The notes beneath the pieces are model-generated. The model did no database searches, was not told the DNA's origin, and worked only from the letters and a program-made list of their open reading frames with translations. The translations under genes were made by a program, and so were the position numbers. Of a stretch of 64,000 nucleotides of DNA, positions 1 through 9,396 are shown piece by piece. Source of the DNA: Alphaproteobacteria bacterium (GTDB lineage: Bacteria; Pseudomonadota; Alphaproteobacteria; Bin95); contig OZ219787.1 in NCBI GenBank assembly GCA_964291285.2, forward strand, positions 1,056,001 to 1,120,000, written 5' to 3'. Every line of letters starts with the position of its first letter. Position 1 is the first letter of the stretch.

Positions 1-1065
1 GCAGGGTTCGGCCCCGCCGCCGGAGACCTCGGCGGCGACGAGCGCAATGCCGGAGGGATGGCCGATGCGGATGTCGCCACCCCCGGATGCGCCGCCTGCC
101 TCATGGACCAGCGTGCCCTCCATGCAGGCCGCGACTCCGAGGCAGAGCGCAGCCGTCAGCGGCACGGCGCGGTGGGGGCGTCCGACGGAAATCATCCGCG
201 CCGCGAGGTCCATGTCCGCCGGCCCGAGGTGCTGGCCCGACAGCGTTTCGCAGGCGGCCGACGGCGCGACCATGCCGACCTTGGGGATGCTGCCCGGCAC
301 CGGGTCGAGGCCGGCGGCTTCTCCGGCGGCGCGGCGCACGGCGTCGAGCACCGCCAGCGCACCGGCGTCGCCTTCGAGCATGGCGGGCGTCTCGACGCCG
401 GTGAGGCCGATATCCGCTGCCCGGACGAAACAGCAGAGATTGGCGGCATCGACGATGGAGATGTCGATGGCGCCGAGGCCCGGAACGTCCAGCCGGTCCA
501 CCGGCTTCCCCGTCGGCAGCAGGCTGCCGGTGCTGGCGCCGCCGGGCTCCAGGAAGTCGAGCCGCACCGGGGCGCCGGTGCCCGCCACGCCCGGCAGGGA
601 GAAATCGCCGTTGACGGCCGCGCGCCCGTCCTCGACCGGGAAGCGGGCATGGATCATGCGGGCGGTGTTGGTGTTGTGGATGCGGACCACGGCCTCGCCG
701 TCGCCGGCGGAAACCAGCCCCTCGTCCACCGCGAAGGGCCCCATGGCGGACGACATGTTCCCGCAATTGCCGGAGATGTCGGCCTCGGCCCGGTCCACGG
801 CGATCTGGAAGAAGGTGTAGTCGATATCGGCGTCCGGCCGGGTCGGCGGGCCGATGACGCAGACCTTGGAGAGCGAGGAGATGCCCCCGCCCATGCCGTC
901 CAGCTGGCGGCCGTTCGGGTCCGGGCTGCCCATGGCGGCGCAGAAGAGCGCCGGCCACGCCGCCCGGTCCCCCGGCAGGTCGCGCGCATGGAAGACGAGG
1001 GCGTTGGAGGTGCCGCCGCGCATGAAGGCGGCGGGCAGGCGTGTCTGTGCGGTCATGGGCGTCAT
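1..1065 (-). CDS. prpF: PrpF-family isomerase (AcnD-accessory / aconitate isomerase type), 3' end runs off the window
   Basis: Not in the ORF track. Manual reverse-strand translation from ATG 1065 (or 1056) gives ...FMRGGTSNAL...MGSPDPNGRQLDGMGGGISSLSKVCVI...DIDYTF...SGNCGNMSSA, which are PrpF hallmarks. Confidence 0.85.
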   Translation of the reverse strand, partial: MTPMTAQTRLPAAFMRGGTSNALVFHARDLPGDRAAWPALFCAAMGSPDPNGRQLDGMGGGISSLSKVCVIGPPTRPDADIDYTFFQIAVDRAEADISGNCGNMSSAMGPFAVDEGLVSAGDGEAVVRIHNTNTARMIHARFPVEDGRAAVNGDFSLPGVAGTGAPVRLDFLEPGGASTGSLLPTGKPVDRLDVPGLGAIDISIVDAANLCCFVRAADIGLTGVETPAMLEGDAGALAVLDAVRRAAGEAAGLDPVPGSIPKVGMVAPSAACETLSGQHLGPADMDLAARMISVGRPHRAVPLTAALCLGVAACMEGTLVHEAGGASGGGDIRIGHPSGIALVAAEVSGGGAEPC

Positions 1066-1075
1066 TCTAGCGCAA

Positions 1076-1789
1076 TCAGGAGCGTCCGGCCTCCGCCTCG
1101 ATCTCCCGGCACGCCCGCTCGATCCGTTCCTCGAGGCAGGCCATGAAGGCGCGCCGGTCCATGCCGGGCCGGATCGGCTCCAGGAAATCGAGCCGGATGG
1201 TGCCCGGGCGCATCCGGAAGCCGCGCCGGCTCCAGTGGCGGCCGGAATTGAGCGCAACCGGCACGACAGCGGCCCCCGTCTCCCGGTAGAGCGCGGCGAT
1301 GCCCGGGTGGTAGGGGCGGCGCTCGCCCGGCGCGGTGCGGGTGCCCTCCGGGAACACCACGACCTGCGCGCCGTTCTCAAGCGCGGCTCCGGCTCCCTGC
1401 ACCATGCGGCGCAATGCGGAGGCGCCGCCCTGGCGGTCCACCGCGATCTGCCCGGCGCGGCGGAAATACCAGCCGACGCCGGGGACCCGAAGCAGTTCCT
1501 GCTTCACGACATAGACCGGGTCCGGCAACAGCGCGGCCAGCACGAAGGTCTCCCAGGCGGACTGGTGCTTGGCGGCGACGATGGTTCCGGGCGGCGGCAG
1601 GGACCCGCGAATCTCGTGCCGGATGCCGGCGAGCGCCCGCAGCAGGAAGATCGTCACGCGCCCCCATACCGCCCCCGCCCGGCGCGCCGCCCGGCGCGAG
1701 GCGAGGAGCGCCGGCGACAGCAGGAAGACGAGCAACGCGGTGGCGGTCACGAAACCTGCTGCGAAGAGCGCCGAGCGGATCACCGTCAT
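1076..1789 (-). CDS. plsC: 1-acyl-sn-glycerol-3-phosphate acyltransferase
   Basis: Motifs AKHQSAWET (HxxxxE), KQEL, VFPEGTR and PVALN; overlaps the upstream YdcF gene by 4 nt. Confidence 0.85.
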   Translation of the reverse strand: MTVIRSALFAAGFVTATALLVFLLSPALLASRRAARRAGAVWGRVTIFLLRALAGIRHEIRGSLPPPGTIVAAKHQSAWETFVLAALLPDPVYVVKQELLRVPGVGWYFRRAGQIAVDRQGGASALRRMVQGAGAALENGAQVVVFPEGTRTAPGERRPYHPGIAALYRETGAAVVPVALNSGRHWSRRGFRMRPGTIRLDFLEPIRPGMDRRAFMACLEERIERACREIEAEAGRS

Positions 1790-2436
1790 CCGTCACTCCT
1801 CAATGCGCCGTACCACTCGGCGAGGCGATCCAGGGTCACCGCCAGCAGATATTTGTGGTAGGCGCGCACCAGCACCTCCCGCGTTCCCGGCCACTGCCAC
1901 CAACCGTCCAGCTTCAGCGTCTCCGGGACGACCGGATGGGCCAGCATCTCCACGCCCGGCGCGGCGCGGCGCAAGAGATGGAGGGCGCGCGGCAGGTGGT
2001 ATGCGGCCGTCACGATGCGCAGGCTTCGGGCACCTCGTTCCGCCGCCCAGATTGCGACCTCGGCGGCATTGCCGACGGTGTCCCGCGCCGTCCGACCGAG
2101 CTCGATGCAGCAGGCAAGCGCCCGGTCGCCGCTGTATTCCGCGAGTTCCAGAAGCCGCTCCGCCGTAACGCCCGCACCGACCCCGGAGACGAACAGCACC
2201 GGCGCCCGGCCCTCGCCCAGAAGACGCACACCTTCGCCTATGCGGTCTGCGCCGCCTGTCAGCACGACGACGGCGTCGGTCTTGCGGCCCGGCGCTTCAG
2301 GCCCTGTCGGCAGCACCGCCACGAAGCGCACGAGGCCGCCGGTCCAGAGCGCGGCGAGCAGCAGCGCGAGAATGACGAGCCGCTTCGTCAAGGCCGGTCC
2401 GGTTGCCCTGCTGCGCCGTCTATCGTCGGCCGGCAT
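1786..2436 (-). CDS. YdcF/DUF218 (ElyC-like) membrane-anchored protein
   Basis: N-terminal TM segment, DAVVVLTGG..RI, DTVGNA, IVTAAYHLPRA, YHKY. Confidence 0.85.
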   Translation of the reverse strand: MPADDRRRSRATGPALTKRLVILALLLAALWTGGLVRFVAVLPTGPEAPGRKTDAVVVLTGGADRIGEGVRLLGEGRAPVLFVSGVGAGVTAERLLELAEYSGDRALACCIELGRTARDTVGNAAEVAIWAAERGARSLRIVTAAYHLPRALHLLRRAAPGVEMLAHPVVPETLKLDGWWQWPGTREVLVRAYHKYLLAVTLDRLAEWYGALRSDG

Positions 2437-2527
2437 ATGCCAGTCGGCACGATTCGGTTACCTTGAGTCGAGTCGCCGGGCAGCCTATACAAATTTACCC
2501 GCTCGCAGGGGATTCAGAGGCACCTGC

Positions 2528-2929
2528 ATGATCCTCGCTTGCCCAAACTGTATGGCACGATATCGCGTCGAGGTCGAGGCGCTGGGTGCGTTGGGACGGC
2601 GGGTCAGGTGCAGCAAATGCGGCCATGTCTGGCACGCGGAGCCGCCGGGAACCATCGTCGAAATCCTCCAGGCCGAGCCCGAACCCGGCCTTCGGGCCGC
2701 CGGGCCGTCGAGGCCCCAGCTTCCGGTCCCGGCGGGACAGGCGCCGCGACCCCGCTCGCCGTCCGCCTGGACCTGGATCCTCAGCCTGATGGTGCTGGCC
2801 GTCTGCGTCGTCGGATACGAGGCGAGGAAGCCCATCGTCAAGGAATGGCCCTGGCTCGCGCCCGTCTATGAGGCGCTCGGCATCGAGCTGGAGGAAGGGC
2901 TGGAAGCGAAGCCCGCCCGCCCGGAATAG
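2528..2929 (+). CDS. MJ0042-type zinc-ribbon membrane protein
   Basis: MILACPNC..RYRV...GRRVRCSKCGHVW, then a Pro-rich linker and a TM helix; likely start ATG 2528 within ORF 2015..2929. Confidence 0.85.
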   Translation: MILACPNCMARYRVEVEALGALGRRVRCSKCGHVWHAEPPGTIVEILQAEPEPGLRAAGPSRPQLPVPAGQAPRPRSPSAWTWILSLMVLAVCVVGYEARKPIVKEWPWLAPVYEALGIELEEGLEAKPARPE

Positions 2930-2936
2930 GCGCGCC

Positions 2937-3593
2937 TTGAGATACGCCATCTACTACACACCGGCGCCGGAAAGCGCGCTGGCGCGCTTCGGCGAGAGCT
3001 GGTTCGCCCGGAAGGCGCCCTGTCTCGACGCGCCGCGCCGCTATGGGTTCCATGGCACGCTCAAGGCGCCGTTCCGGCTGGCGAAAGGAGTGGGCGAAGC
3101 CGAATTGCTGCTTGCGGCGGAGCGCTTCGCGGGCGAGCGCTGCGCTTTCCGGGGACCGCCGCTTTGTCTCGCGGTTCTGTCGGGCTTCCTCGCGCTCATG
3201 CCGTCAGGACCGTTCGGGGAGCTTGACCGCCTCGCCGCGGACTGCGTCGCAGCCTTCGACCGGTTCCGGGCGCCGCCGGGCGACGCCGAACTCGCGCGCA
3301 GGCGCCGGGCGGGCCTCAGCGCCCGCCAGGAGGCGCTGCTGCTGCGTTGGGGCTACCCCTATGTCATGGAGGCGTTCCGCTTCCACATGACACTGACCGA
3401 ACGTCTGGACGAAGCAGGGCTGGCAAGCGAGCGCGCCCTGGCCGGGGCGATGCTGGGAGAGGCGCCGGTCCCGCTCGCTGTCGATGCGGTGACAATCATG
3501 GTCGAGCCCTCGGAAGGGGACGCTTTCAGGGTTCTTCGCCGCTTCGAACTCGCATCGCCCGCCGGCCTGCGCCAGACAGCGGACAGCGTCTGA
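2937..3593 (+). CDS. DUF1045 (2H-phosphoesterase-like, phosphonate-metabolism-associated) protein
   Basis: RYAIYYTP, PRRYGFHGTLKAPF, WGYPYV..FRFHMTLT; TTG start inferred at 2937. Confidence 0.85.
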   Translation: MRYAIYYTPAPESALARFGESWFARKAPCLDAPRRYGFHGTLKAPFRLAKGVGEAELLLAAERFAGERCAFRGPPLCLAVLSGFLALMPSGPFGELDRLAADCVAAFDRFRAPPGDAELARRRRAGLSARQEALLLRWGYPYVMEAFRFHMTLTERLDEAGLASERALAGAMLGEAPVPLAVDAVTIMVEPSEGDAFRVLRRFELASPAGLRQTADSV

Positions 3594-3659
3594 AACCCGC
3601 GCTGGAATTTGCCCTTCCGCGGGTGATACAAGTTGCCGCACATGCTACAGGAGGCGCCA

Positions 3660-4172
3660 ATGAAGACTGCGAATCTCATCGGCCTGCTGGCGGCCGCCGC
3701 GCTGGCCGCCACCACCTTCCAGACCGCCGGCGCGGCGGATCAGGCGCGGGCCGCCATGGCTAACGCGCAGGGTGAGTCCGTCGGCGAGGTCACGCTCGTC
3801 CAGACTCCCAACGGCACGCTGCTGCACGCCAGGCTTACGGGCCTGCCGGCGGGCGCGCATGCCTTCCATGTCCATACGGTCGGCAAGTGCGAACCGCCCT
3901 TCAAGTCCTCGGGCGGGCATTTCAATCCGGGTGGCCATAAACACGGCCTCTTTGCCGAAGGCGGCATGCATGCCGGGGACATGCCGAACATTCATGTGCC
4001 GGATTCGGGCGCGCTGGAAATCGAGGTGCTCAACGCCAACCTGATGCTGGATGCGAGCCTCTTCGACGATGACGGCGCGGCCATCGTGATCCATGACGGT
4101 CCTGACGACTACAGGACCGACCCTGCCGGTGCCGCCGGTCCGCGCAACGCCTGCGGCGTGATCGAGAAATAG
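3660..4172 (+). CDS. sodC: Periplasmic Cu/Zn superoxide dismutase
   Basis: Signal peptide; FHVH, GGHFNP, HAGDMPN, IVIHDGPDD, GPRNACG; RBS AGGAGG upstream. Confidence 0.93.
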   Translation: MKTANLIGLLAAAALAATTFQTAGAADQARAAMANAQGESVGEVTLVQTPNGTLLHARLTGLPAGAHAFHVHTVGKCEPPFKSSGGHFNPGGHKHGLFAEGGMHAGDMPNIHVPDSGALEIEVLNANLMLDASLFDDDGAAIVIHDGPDDYRTDPAGAAGPRNACGVIEK

Positions 4173-4206
4173 CCGGGCGCACGCCGCCCGGCGCAGGAGA
4201 AAATGG

Positions 4207-4893
4207 ATGGCGGAAGGCGGGGGAGGGCCGAAGGACGCGCCCATCTGGGACCGGCCGACCCGGATTTTCCACTGGGTCCTCGTGGTGCTGGTCGTCGTCT
4301 GTTACCTGAGCGGGCGCAACGGGCGGTTCGACATCCACATCCCGGCCGGACAGGCGCTGCTCGTGCTCGTGGCGGCGCGGGTCATCTGGGGCTTCTTGGG
4401 AAGCAGTTCGTCCCGCTTTCTCGCCTTCATCCGCCCGGCGCGGGAGATCGCGGCCTATCTGCCGACCATGCTGCGGCGCGAGCCGGACGGGCGCGCCGGG
4501 CATAATCCTCTGGGCGGGCTGTCGGTCGTTGCGATGCTGCTCGTTCTTGTCGCGCAGGCGGGCCTCGGGCTTTTCGCGGTCGATGTGGACGGGCTCTATG
4601 ACGGCCCGCTGAGCTTCCTCGTCAGCTACGACGCTGCGAGGGAGGCGGCAGAACTGCACGCAATGGTGGTGGACGCCCTGCTCATCCTTGTCGGCCTTCA
4701 CCTCGCGGCTGTGCTGTTCCACCTTCTCTACAAGCGGGAGAACCTCACCAGGGCGATGCTGACCGGACGCGGACGGCTCGCGGAAGGGCAGACGCCTCCT
4801 CGGCTCGTCTCCGACCGGCGCGCGCTCATTGTGCTCGCGCTGGCCGCGGCGATGGTCCTCGGCGGAATCGAGATCGCGGCGCGCGTCTTCTAG
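4207..4893 (+). CDS. Cytochrome b/b6-domain membrane protein
   Basis: IWDRPTRIFHW, RVIWG..G, GHNPLGG, LH...LH..AV, ENL..AM.TG. Confidence 0.88.
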   Translation: MAEGGGGPKDAPIWDRPTRIFHWVLVVLVVVCYLSGRNGRFDIHIPAGQALLVLVAARVIWGFLGSSSSRFLAFIRPAREIAAYLPTMLRREPDGRAGHNPLGGLSVVAMLLVLVAQAGLGLFAVDVDGLYDGPLSFLVSYDAAREAAELHAMVVDALLILVGLHLAAVLFHLLYKRENLTRAMLTGRGRLAEGQTPPRLVSDRRALIVLALAAAMVLGGIEIAARVF

Positions 4894-4920
4894 GCGGTGA
4901 GCGCGCGCCGCGCGGCCGGG

Positions 4921-5406
4921 CTAGTTCCGCTTTTCACGGAAGACGCGGTGGCAGCCTCCGCAACCGTTCTTGCCGAGGTCGCCGAACGCGGCGCCCGCAG
5001 CGTCGGCATCCCCGGAGGCCAGGGCAGTCTTGAGCACCGCCGCCTTGTCTCCGAGCAGGGCCGCCGCTGCGGTGAAGTCATCCCACTTTTCCCAGACGAC
5101 GTCCTTCGTTTCGGACTTCGGGTCCGCGCCCATGCCGGTGTCGGGCGGAAAGACATCCGGAATCTTCGGCGCCGCCGCAGCGATGACTGCGGCCGCTGCG
5201 CCCGCGTCTTCGGCCGAGCCCCGGCCTTCCAGATAGCCCTTGAGCGTGCGCATTGCGCCGCCCATGCCTTTCATCAGCTTGCTGCGTTCTTCCATCACCT
5301 TGCCGTGCCCGTCGGCGACGGCGACCCGCTCCGGGCCGAACGCCGCAGACGCTACGACGAGGGCAAAGGCCCAAACGGCTACCCATTTCAATTTGCTGAT
5401 TCGCAT
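4921..5406 (-). CDS. Class II cytochrome c (c'/c556)
   Basis: Signal peptide, R...MK, VW..WDDF and a C-terminal CGGCH heme motif. Confidence 0.88.
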   Translation of the reverse strand: MRISKLKWVAVWAFALVVASAAFGPERVAVADGHGKVMEERSKLMKGMGGAMRTLKGYLEGRGSAEDAGAAAAVIAAAAPKIPDVFPPDTGMGADPKSETKDVVWEKWDDFTAAAALLGDKAAVLKTALASGDADAAGAAFGDLGKNGCGGCHRVFREKRN

Positions 5407-5479
5407 GGCTCCTCCGCGCGCTAAGCCTGCACTGACTTATCGGAAAGCCAGCATAAGCCAAGGCGTCGCGAAGGGCGAG

Positions 5480-6670
5480 CTATGCGTTGAGGTATCCGCC
5501 GCGCGTCTGCGGCAGCTTCTTGCCGAGGATGGCGCCGGCGACGACATTGCGGAGCACCTCCGCCGTGCCGCCGCCGATGGTGAACATGCGCACATCGCGC
5601 GCCATGCGCTCCAGCGGGCGGTTGCGCGAATAGCCGCGCGCGCCGAAGAGCTGCAGGGCGTCATTGACCACCTGGATCGCGCTTTCCGAGGTCATGACCT
5701 TCGCCTGGGCGGCGAGCAGCATGTCGGGGAAGCCTCCCTCGCCGCTTCGCGCCGCGCCGTAGACCAGCGCCCGGCTGGCGGCGAGCTTGATCGACATGTC
5801 GGCGAGCTTCCACTGCAGGCCCTGGAACTCGTTGATCGGCCGGCCGAACTGCTCGCGCTCCTCCGACCAGTCGAGCGCCAGCCGGTAGGCGCCCTCGGCG
5901 ATGCCGAGCGCCACGGTCGCCGCGCCGACGCGCTGGCTGTTGTAGGCGGTCATCAGGTCCGCGAAGCCTTTTTTCAGCCCTCGCGGCGGCATGAGCATCA
6001 TGGAGGGCGGCAGTTCCATGTCCTCGAACGCGATTTCCGCTTCCGGAATGCCGCGCAGGCCCATGGTCGGCTCGCGCCTGACGATGTGCAGCCCTTCCGT
6101 TTCGTCGCGAATGGCAAGGAAACCGCCGATTCCCTGCTCCTCGCCGTCCCGGTCGAACACGCGCGCGAAGATCAGATGCAGGCGCGACACGCCGCCGCCG
6201 GTGATCCAGTGCTTGCCGCCGTTCAGGACGTAGCGGTTGCCGCGCTGGTCCGCCCTCGTGGTCATCTCCCCGGCGGACGATCCGGCGTCCGGCTCGGTAA
6301 TGCAGATCGCGGGCTTGTCGCCCGCCAGCACCATGTCGGCAGCCATGCGCTTCTGCTCTTCCGTGCCGTAGGCCATGACCGCGCTGATCGCACCCATATT
6401 GGTCTCGACCACGATCCGCCCGGTGACGGAGCATGCCTTCGACATCTCCTCGATGACCAGCACGGCATCCAGCCAGGAACGCCCCTGCCCGCCATAGGCT
6501 TCGGGAATCGTCATGCCGACGAAACCGCCTTCGACCAGCCGGTCCACATGGTCCCAGGGGTAGGACTCGGTGCGGTCCACCTCGGCGGCGCGCTCCTGCA
6601 CCGGTCCTTCGGCCAATTCCCGCGCCGCCGATTGCAAGGCGCGCTGCCGGTCCGTGAGTTCGAAGGTCAT
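5480..6670 (-). CDS. acdA: Acyl-CoA dehydrogenase-fold protein, 3-sulfinopropanoyl-CoA desulfinase type
   Basis: Closely follows the Advenella Acd pattern as I recall it: YPWD, GRI, LAGDKPAICITEP, WITGGGVSRLHLIFARVF, MGLRGIPE, AYNSQRVGA, RMFTIGGGT, KLPQTR.GYL. Confidence 0.8.
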   Translation of the reverse strand: MTFELTDRQRALQSAARELAEGPVQERAAEVDRTESYPWDHVDRLVEGGFVGMTIPEAYGGQGRSWLDAVLVIEEMSKACSVTGRIVVETNMGAISAVMAYGTEEQKRMAADMVLAGDKPAICITEPDAGSSAGEMTTRADQRGNRYVLNGGKHWITGGGVSRLHLIFARVFDRDGEEQGIGGFLAIRDETEGLHIVRREPTMGLRGIPEAEIAFEDMELPPSMMLMPPRGLKKGFADLMTAYNSQRVGAATVALGIAEGAYRLALDWSEEREQFGRPINEFQGLQWKLADMSIKLAASRALVYGAARSGEGGFPDMLLAAQAKVMTSESAIQVVNDALQLFGARGYSRNRPLERMARDVRMFTIGGGTAEVLRNVVAGAILGKKLPQTRGGYLNA

Positions 6671-6712
6671 GGGCTTGCGTCCCCGCCGCAGGTCCGTCAA
6701 CACTAGCCGATC

Positions 6713-6970
6713 ATGGAGCAGGGGTCAGCAGAGCTTCCGCCGGAGACATGGCATCCGGTGCGGATCCTCCCGAAGCGCAGCATGTGGCGTCCCCGGAGCG
6801 CACCGCCCATGCGCCGCGACCCCCGGCCCATGGTCGCCTGGTGCGAGAAGCGGGTGCGGAATCCGTGGAAGGCGGTGCTGGAGCCTGACCTCACCCAGGT
6901 ATTCTGGTTCGAGCACAGTGACGACGCCCAGCGCTTCGCGCTCCGTTTCTTCCCGTTCAAATGCAGTTGA
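6713..6970 (+). CDS. Small hypothetical protein (85 aa)
   Basis: Fills the gap between divergent genes; ordered C-terminal pattern WC..W..F.FE..DA..FAL.F. Confidence 0.55.
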   Translation: MEQGSAELPPETWHPVRILPKRSMWRPRSAPPMRRDPRPMVAWCEKRVRNPWKAVLEPDLTQVFWFEHSDDAQRFALRFFPFKCS

Positions 6971-6973
6971 CGG

Positions 6974-8206
6974 ATGGAAGTCTGTCCTCTGGAGCGGCTC
7001 GACTTCGCTCGGGTCATCTCCCCCGGCGCGCTCGTCACCTGGTCCGAGGGCTCCGGGGAGCCGACAGCGCTGACAGCGCGCCTCGTAGCCCAGCAGGACC
7101 GGCTCGAGGCTGAGCTTGCCATCGGCGTCACGCTGTCCGACACGCTCCGGGACATCGATCCCTCCCGGTTCGCCATTTCCACCTATTGCACGCTGTTCCG
7201 CTATTTCGACCTGTTCGAGCGCGGCGCCGTCGATATCCGGCCTTCGCACTATTCCCGGATGGCCGACCTCCGCCCGGATGTGCTGCTTATCCAGGTGACG
7301 CCGCCGGACGGGACCGGCCGGCGGAGCCTCGGCACCGTCGTCGGCCACAACCCCGCCTATATGGCGAAGGGAACCAGGGTGGTCGCGCAGGAAAACCCCA
7401 ACCTGCCGTGGACCGGGGGCGACGCGCTGATCGGGGACGACTGCATCGACGTCCTGGTGCCGGAAGCCGCGCCTCTGGAACAGCTCATTCCGCGCCGCCC
7501 CGGCCCGGTCGAGCACGCCATCGGCAGGCATGTGGCGCGGTTGGTGCCCGACCGCGCGACGCTGGAATTCGGCATCGGCTCGATTCCCGCAGCGGTCCAG
7601 CAGGCATTGGCGGGCAAAAGGGACCTGGCAATCCACACGGGCCTGCTGGACGAGGCGGCGGTGGACTTCATCGGGAGCGGCGCCGTCACCAACCGCTACC
7701 GCGAGACCGACCCCGGGCTCGTCTCGGCGGGCTTCCTGTTCGGCACGCCCCGGCTCTACCGTTATGCGGACCGCAATCCCGTCTTCGGAATGCGGGGGTC
7801 CGACCATATTCACGGCTCGCGGGTGCTCGCGGCTCTCGACCGCTTCTTCGCCATCAACTCCGCGATCGAGGTCGATCTGACAGGACAGGTGAACGCCGAG
7901 GCCCTGAACGGCCGCTATATCGGCGCCATCGGCGGGCAGGGGGACTTCCAGCGTGCGGCCCTGCACAGTCCGGGAGGCCGGGGCATCGTCGCCCTGCCGT
8001 CTACTGCCGGGCGGCATTCGCGCATCGTCGCCCGCCTGTCGGGGCCGGTGACGACGGCGCGCGCGGACGCCGATGCGGTCGTGACCGAGCATGGCATCGC
8101 GGAGCTCGCCGGCCGCACCCTGCAGGAGCGCGCCCGCGCGATGATCGCGATTGCCGACCCGGCGCACCGGGCGCGATTGGAAGCCGCCCTCGACGCGCTC
8201 GCCTGA
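6974..8206 (+). CDS. Acetyl-CoA hydrolase / 4-hydroxybutyrate CoA-transferase family (class I CoA transferase)
   Basis: TLEFGIGSIP, AINSAIEVDLTGQVNAE, GGQGDF, IVALPST, VVTEHGIAEL.G, RARAMIAIA.P. Confidence 0.9.
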   Translation: MEVCPLERLDFARVISPGALVTWSEGSGEPTALTARLVAQQDRLEAELAIGVTLSDTLRDIDPSRFAISTYCTLFRYFDLFERGAVDIRPSHYSRMADLRPDVLLIQVTPPDGTGRRSLGTVVGHNPAYMAKGTRVVAQENPNLPWTGGDALIGDDCIDVLVPEAAPLEQLIPRRPGPVEHAIGRHVARLVPDRATLEFGIGSIPAAVQQALAGKRDLAIHTGLLDEAAVDFIGSGAVTNRYRETDPGLVSAGFLFGTPRLYRYADRNPVFGMRGSDHIHGSRVLAALDRFFAINSAIEVDLTGQVNAEALNGRYIGAIGGQGDFQRAALHSPGGRGIVALPSTAGRHSRIVARLSGPVTTARADADAVVTEHGIAELAGRTLQERARAMIAIADPAHRARLEAALDALA

Positions 8207-8252
8207 CGGGTTCTATAAAGCGCCCGCCCGAGAAACCTTGCAGGAGTCGCCC

Positions 8253-9374
8253 ATGGCGCACAGCCGGATTACCGAAGCGGACGTCGCAGAGCTTCGCGCC
8301 CGCATCGGCCAACCCGTGCGCCGGGTCACCCCGCCGTTCTACACCGAGGTCAATGCCGATGCGGCGAGCCGCTTCGCCTGGGCGATCGGCGACGACAACC
8401 CGCTCTACCATGACTCCGGCTATGCGGCGGAAACGCGCTGGGGCCGGCAATTGGCGCCGCCTTCGATCCTCTACAGCCTGGAGAACACGGTCTCGGGCGC
8501 CGTCGAGGGGCTGCCCGGGGTCCATGCGATGTTCGCCGGCACGGACTTTCGCTGGAACCGGCCGATAGAAGTCGGGATGAAGTTCCGCGCCGAGTCGCGC
8601 CTGCACGATATCGTCGAGCATCGCACGCGCTTCGCCGGCCTCGCCATCCAGCAGATTTACCGCATCCGCTTTTTCGACCAGCATGACCGCGAAGTCGCGG
8701 AGGCGGACTCATGGTGTTTCCGCACGGAGCGCGATACGGCGCGCGAGGAAGGCTCCAAATACGAGCCCCGGCTGAAGCAGCCGCATCGCTACAGCGAGGA
8801 GGAGATCGCGGCCTTCCAGGCGCAATATCTTTCCGAGGAGCCGCGCGGCGCCGAAACGCGCTATTTCGAGGATGTCAGGGAAGGCGATGCGATCGGGCCG
8901 ATCCTGAAAGGCCCCTATACGGTCACCGCGGCGGTCGCCTTCATGCAGGCCTGGGGCAATTACGCGGTCCGCAACCACCGTCAGGCCTGGCAGTATTACA
9001 ACCGGCATCCGAAACTGGCCGCCCGCAACCAGAACAATGTTCCGGAGCCGCCCGTGCGGGTGCATTGGGACCGTGAGTTCGCGCAGGAGGTCGGCGTTCC
9101 CGGAGCCTACGATTTCGGGCCCGAACGGATTGCGTGGCTCGGCCATCTGGTGACCGACTGGATGGGCGATGACGGCTTCCTGAAGCGGCTCAACGTGCAG
9201 GTCCGCGGCCACAATGTCGTGGGCGACGCCACATGGTGCCGGGGCGAAGTGGTCGGGACGGGAATCGTGGACGGCGAAGGCTGCGTCGAGTGCGCGATCC
9301 GCTGCATCAACCAGAACGGGCAGACATCCGCGCTCGGCACGGCTACCGTCGTCCTGCCCGCAAAATCAGCCTGA
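8253..9374 (+). CDS. Tandem MaoC/FAS1-like hotdog dehydratase
   Basis: FAWAIGDDNPLY.D..YA..T.WG...APP in the N-half; VHWD.EFA..VG.PG.YD.G.ER in the C-half; RBS CAGGAG. Confidence 0.85.
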   Translation: MAHSRITEADVAELRARIGQPVRRVTPPFYTEVNADAASRFAWAIGDDNPLYHDSGYAAETRWGRQLAPPSILYSLENTVSGAVEGLPGVHAMFAGTDFRWNRPIEVGMKFRAESRLHDIVEHRTRFAGLAIQQIYRIRFFDQHDREVAEADSWCFRTERDTAREEGSKYEPRLKQPHRYSEEEIAAFQAQYLSEEPRGAETRYFEDVREGDAIGPILKGPYTVTAAVAFMQAWGNYAVRNHRQAWQYYNRHPKLAARNQNNVPEPPVRVHWDREFAQEVGVPGAYDFGPERIAWLGHLVTDWMGDDGFLKRLNVQVRGHNVVGDATWCRGEVVGTGIVDGEGCVECAIRCINQNGQTSALGTATVVLPAKSA

Positions 9375-9396
9375 GAAACCGATACGGAAGCGAGAC

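Noticed and set aside
4207-5406. Cytochrome b / cytochrome c' pair as a novel system
   Set aside because: A common gene pairing in Proteobacteria.
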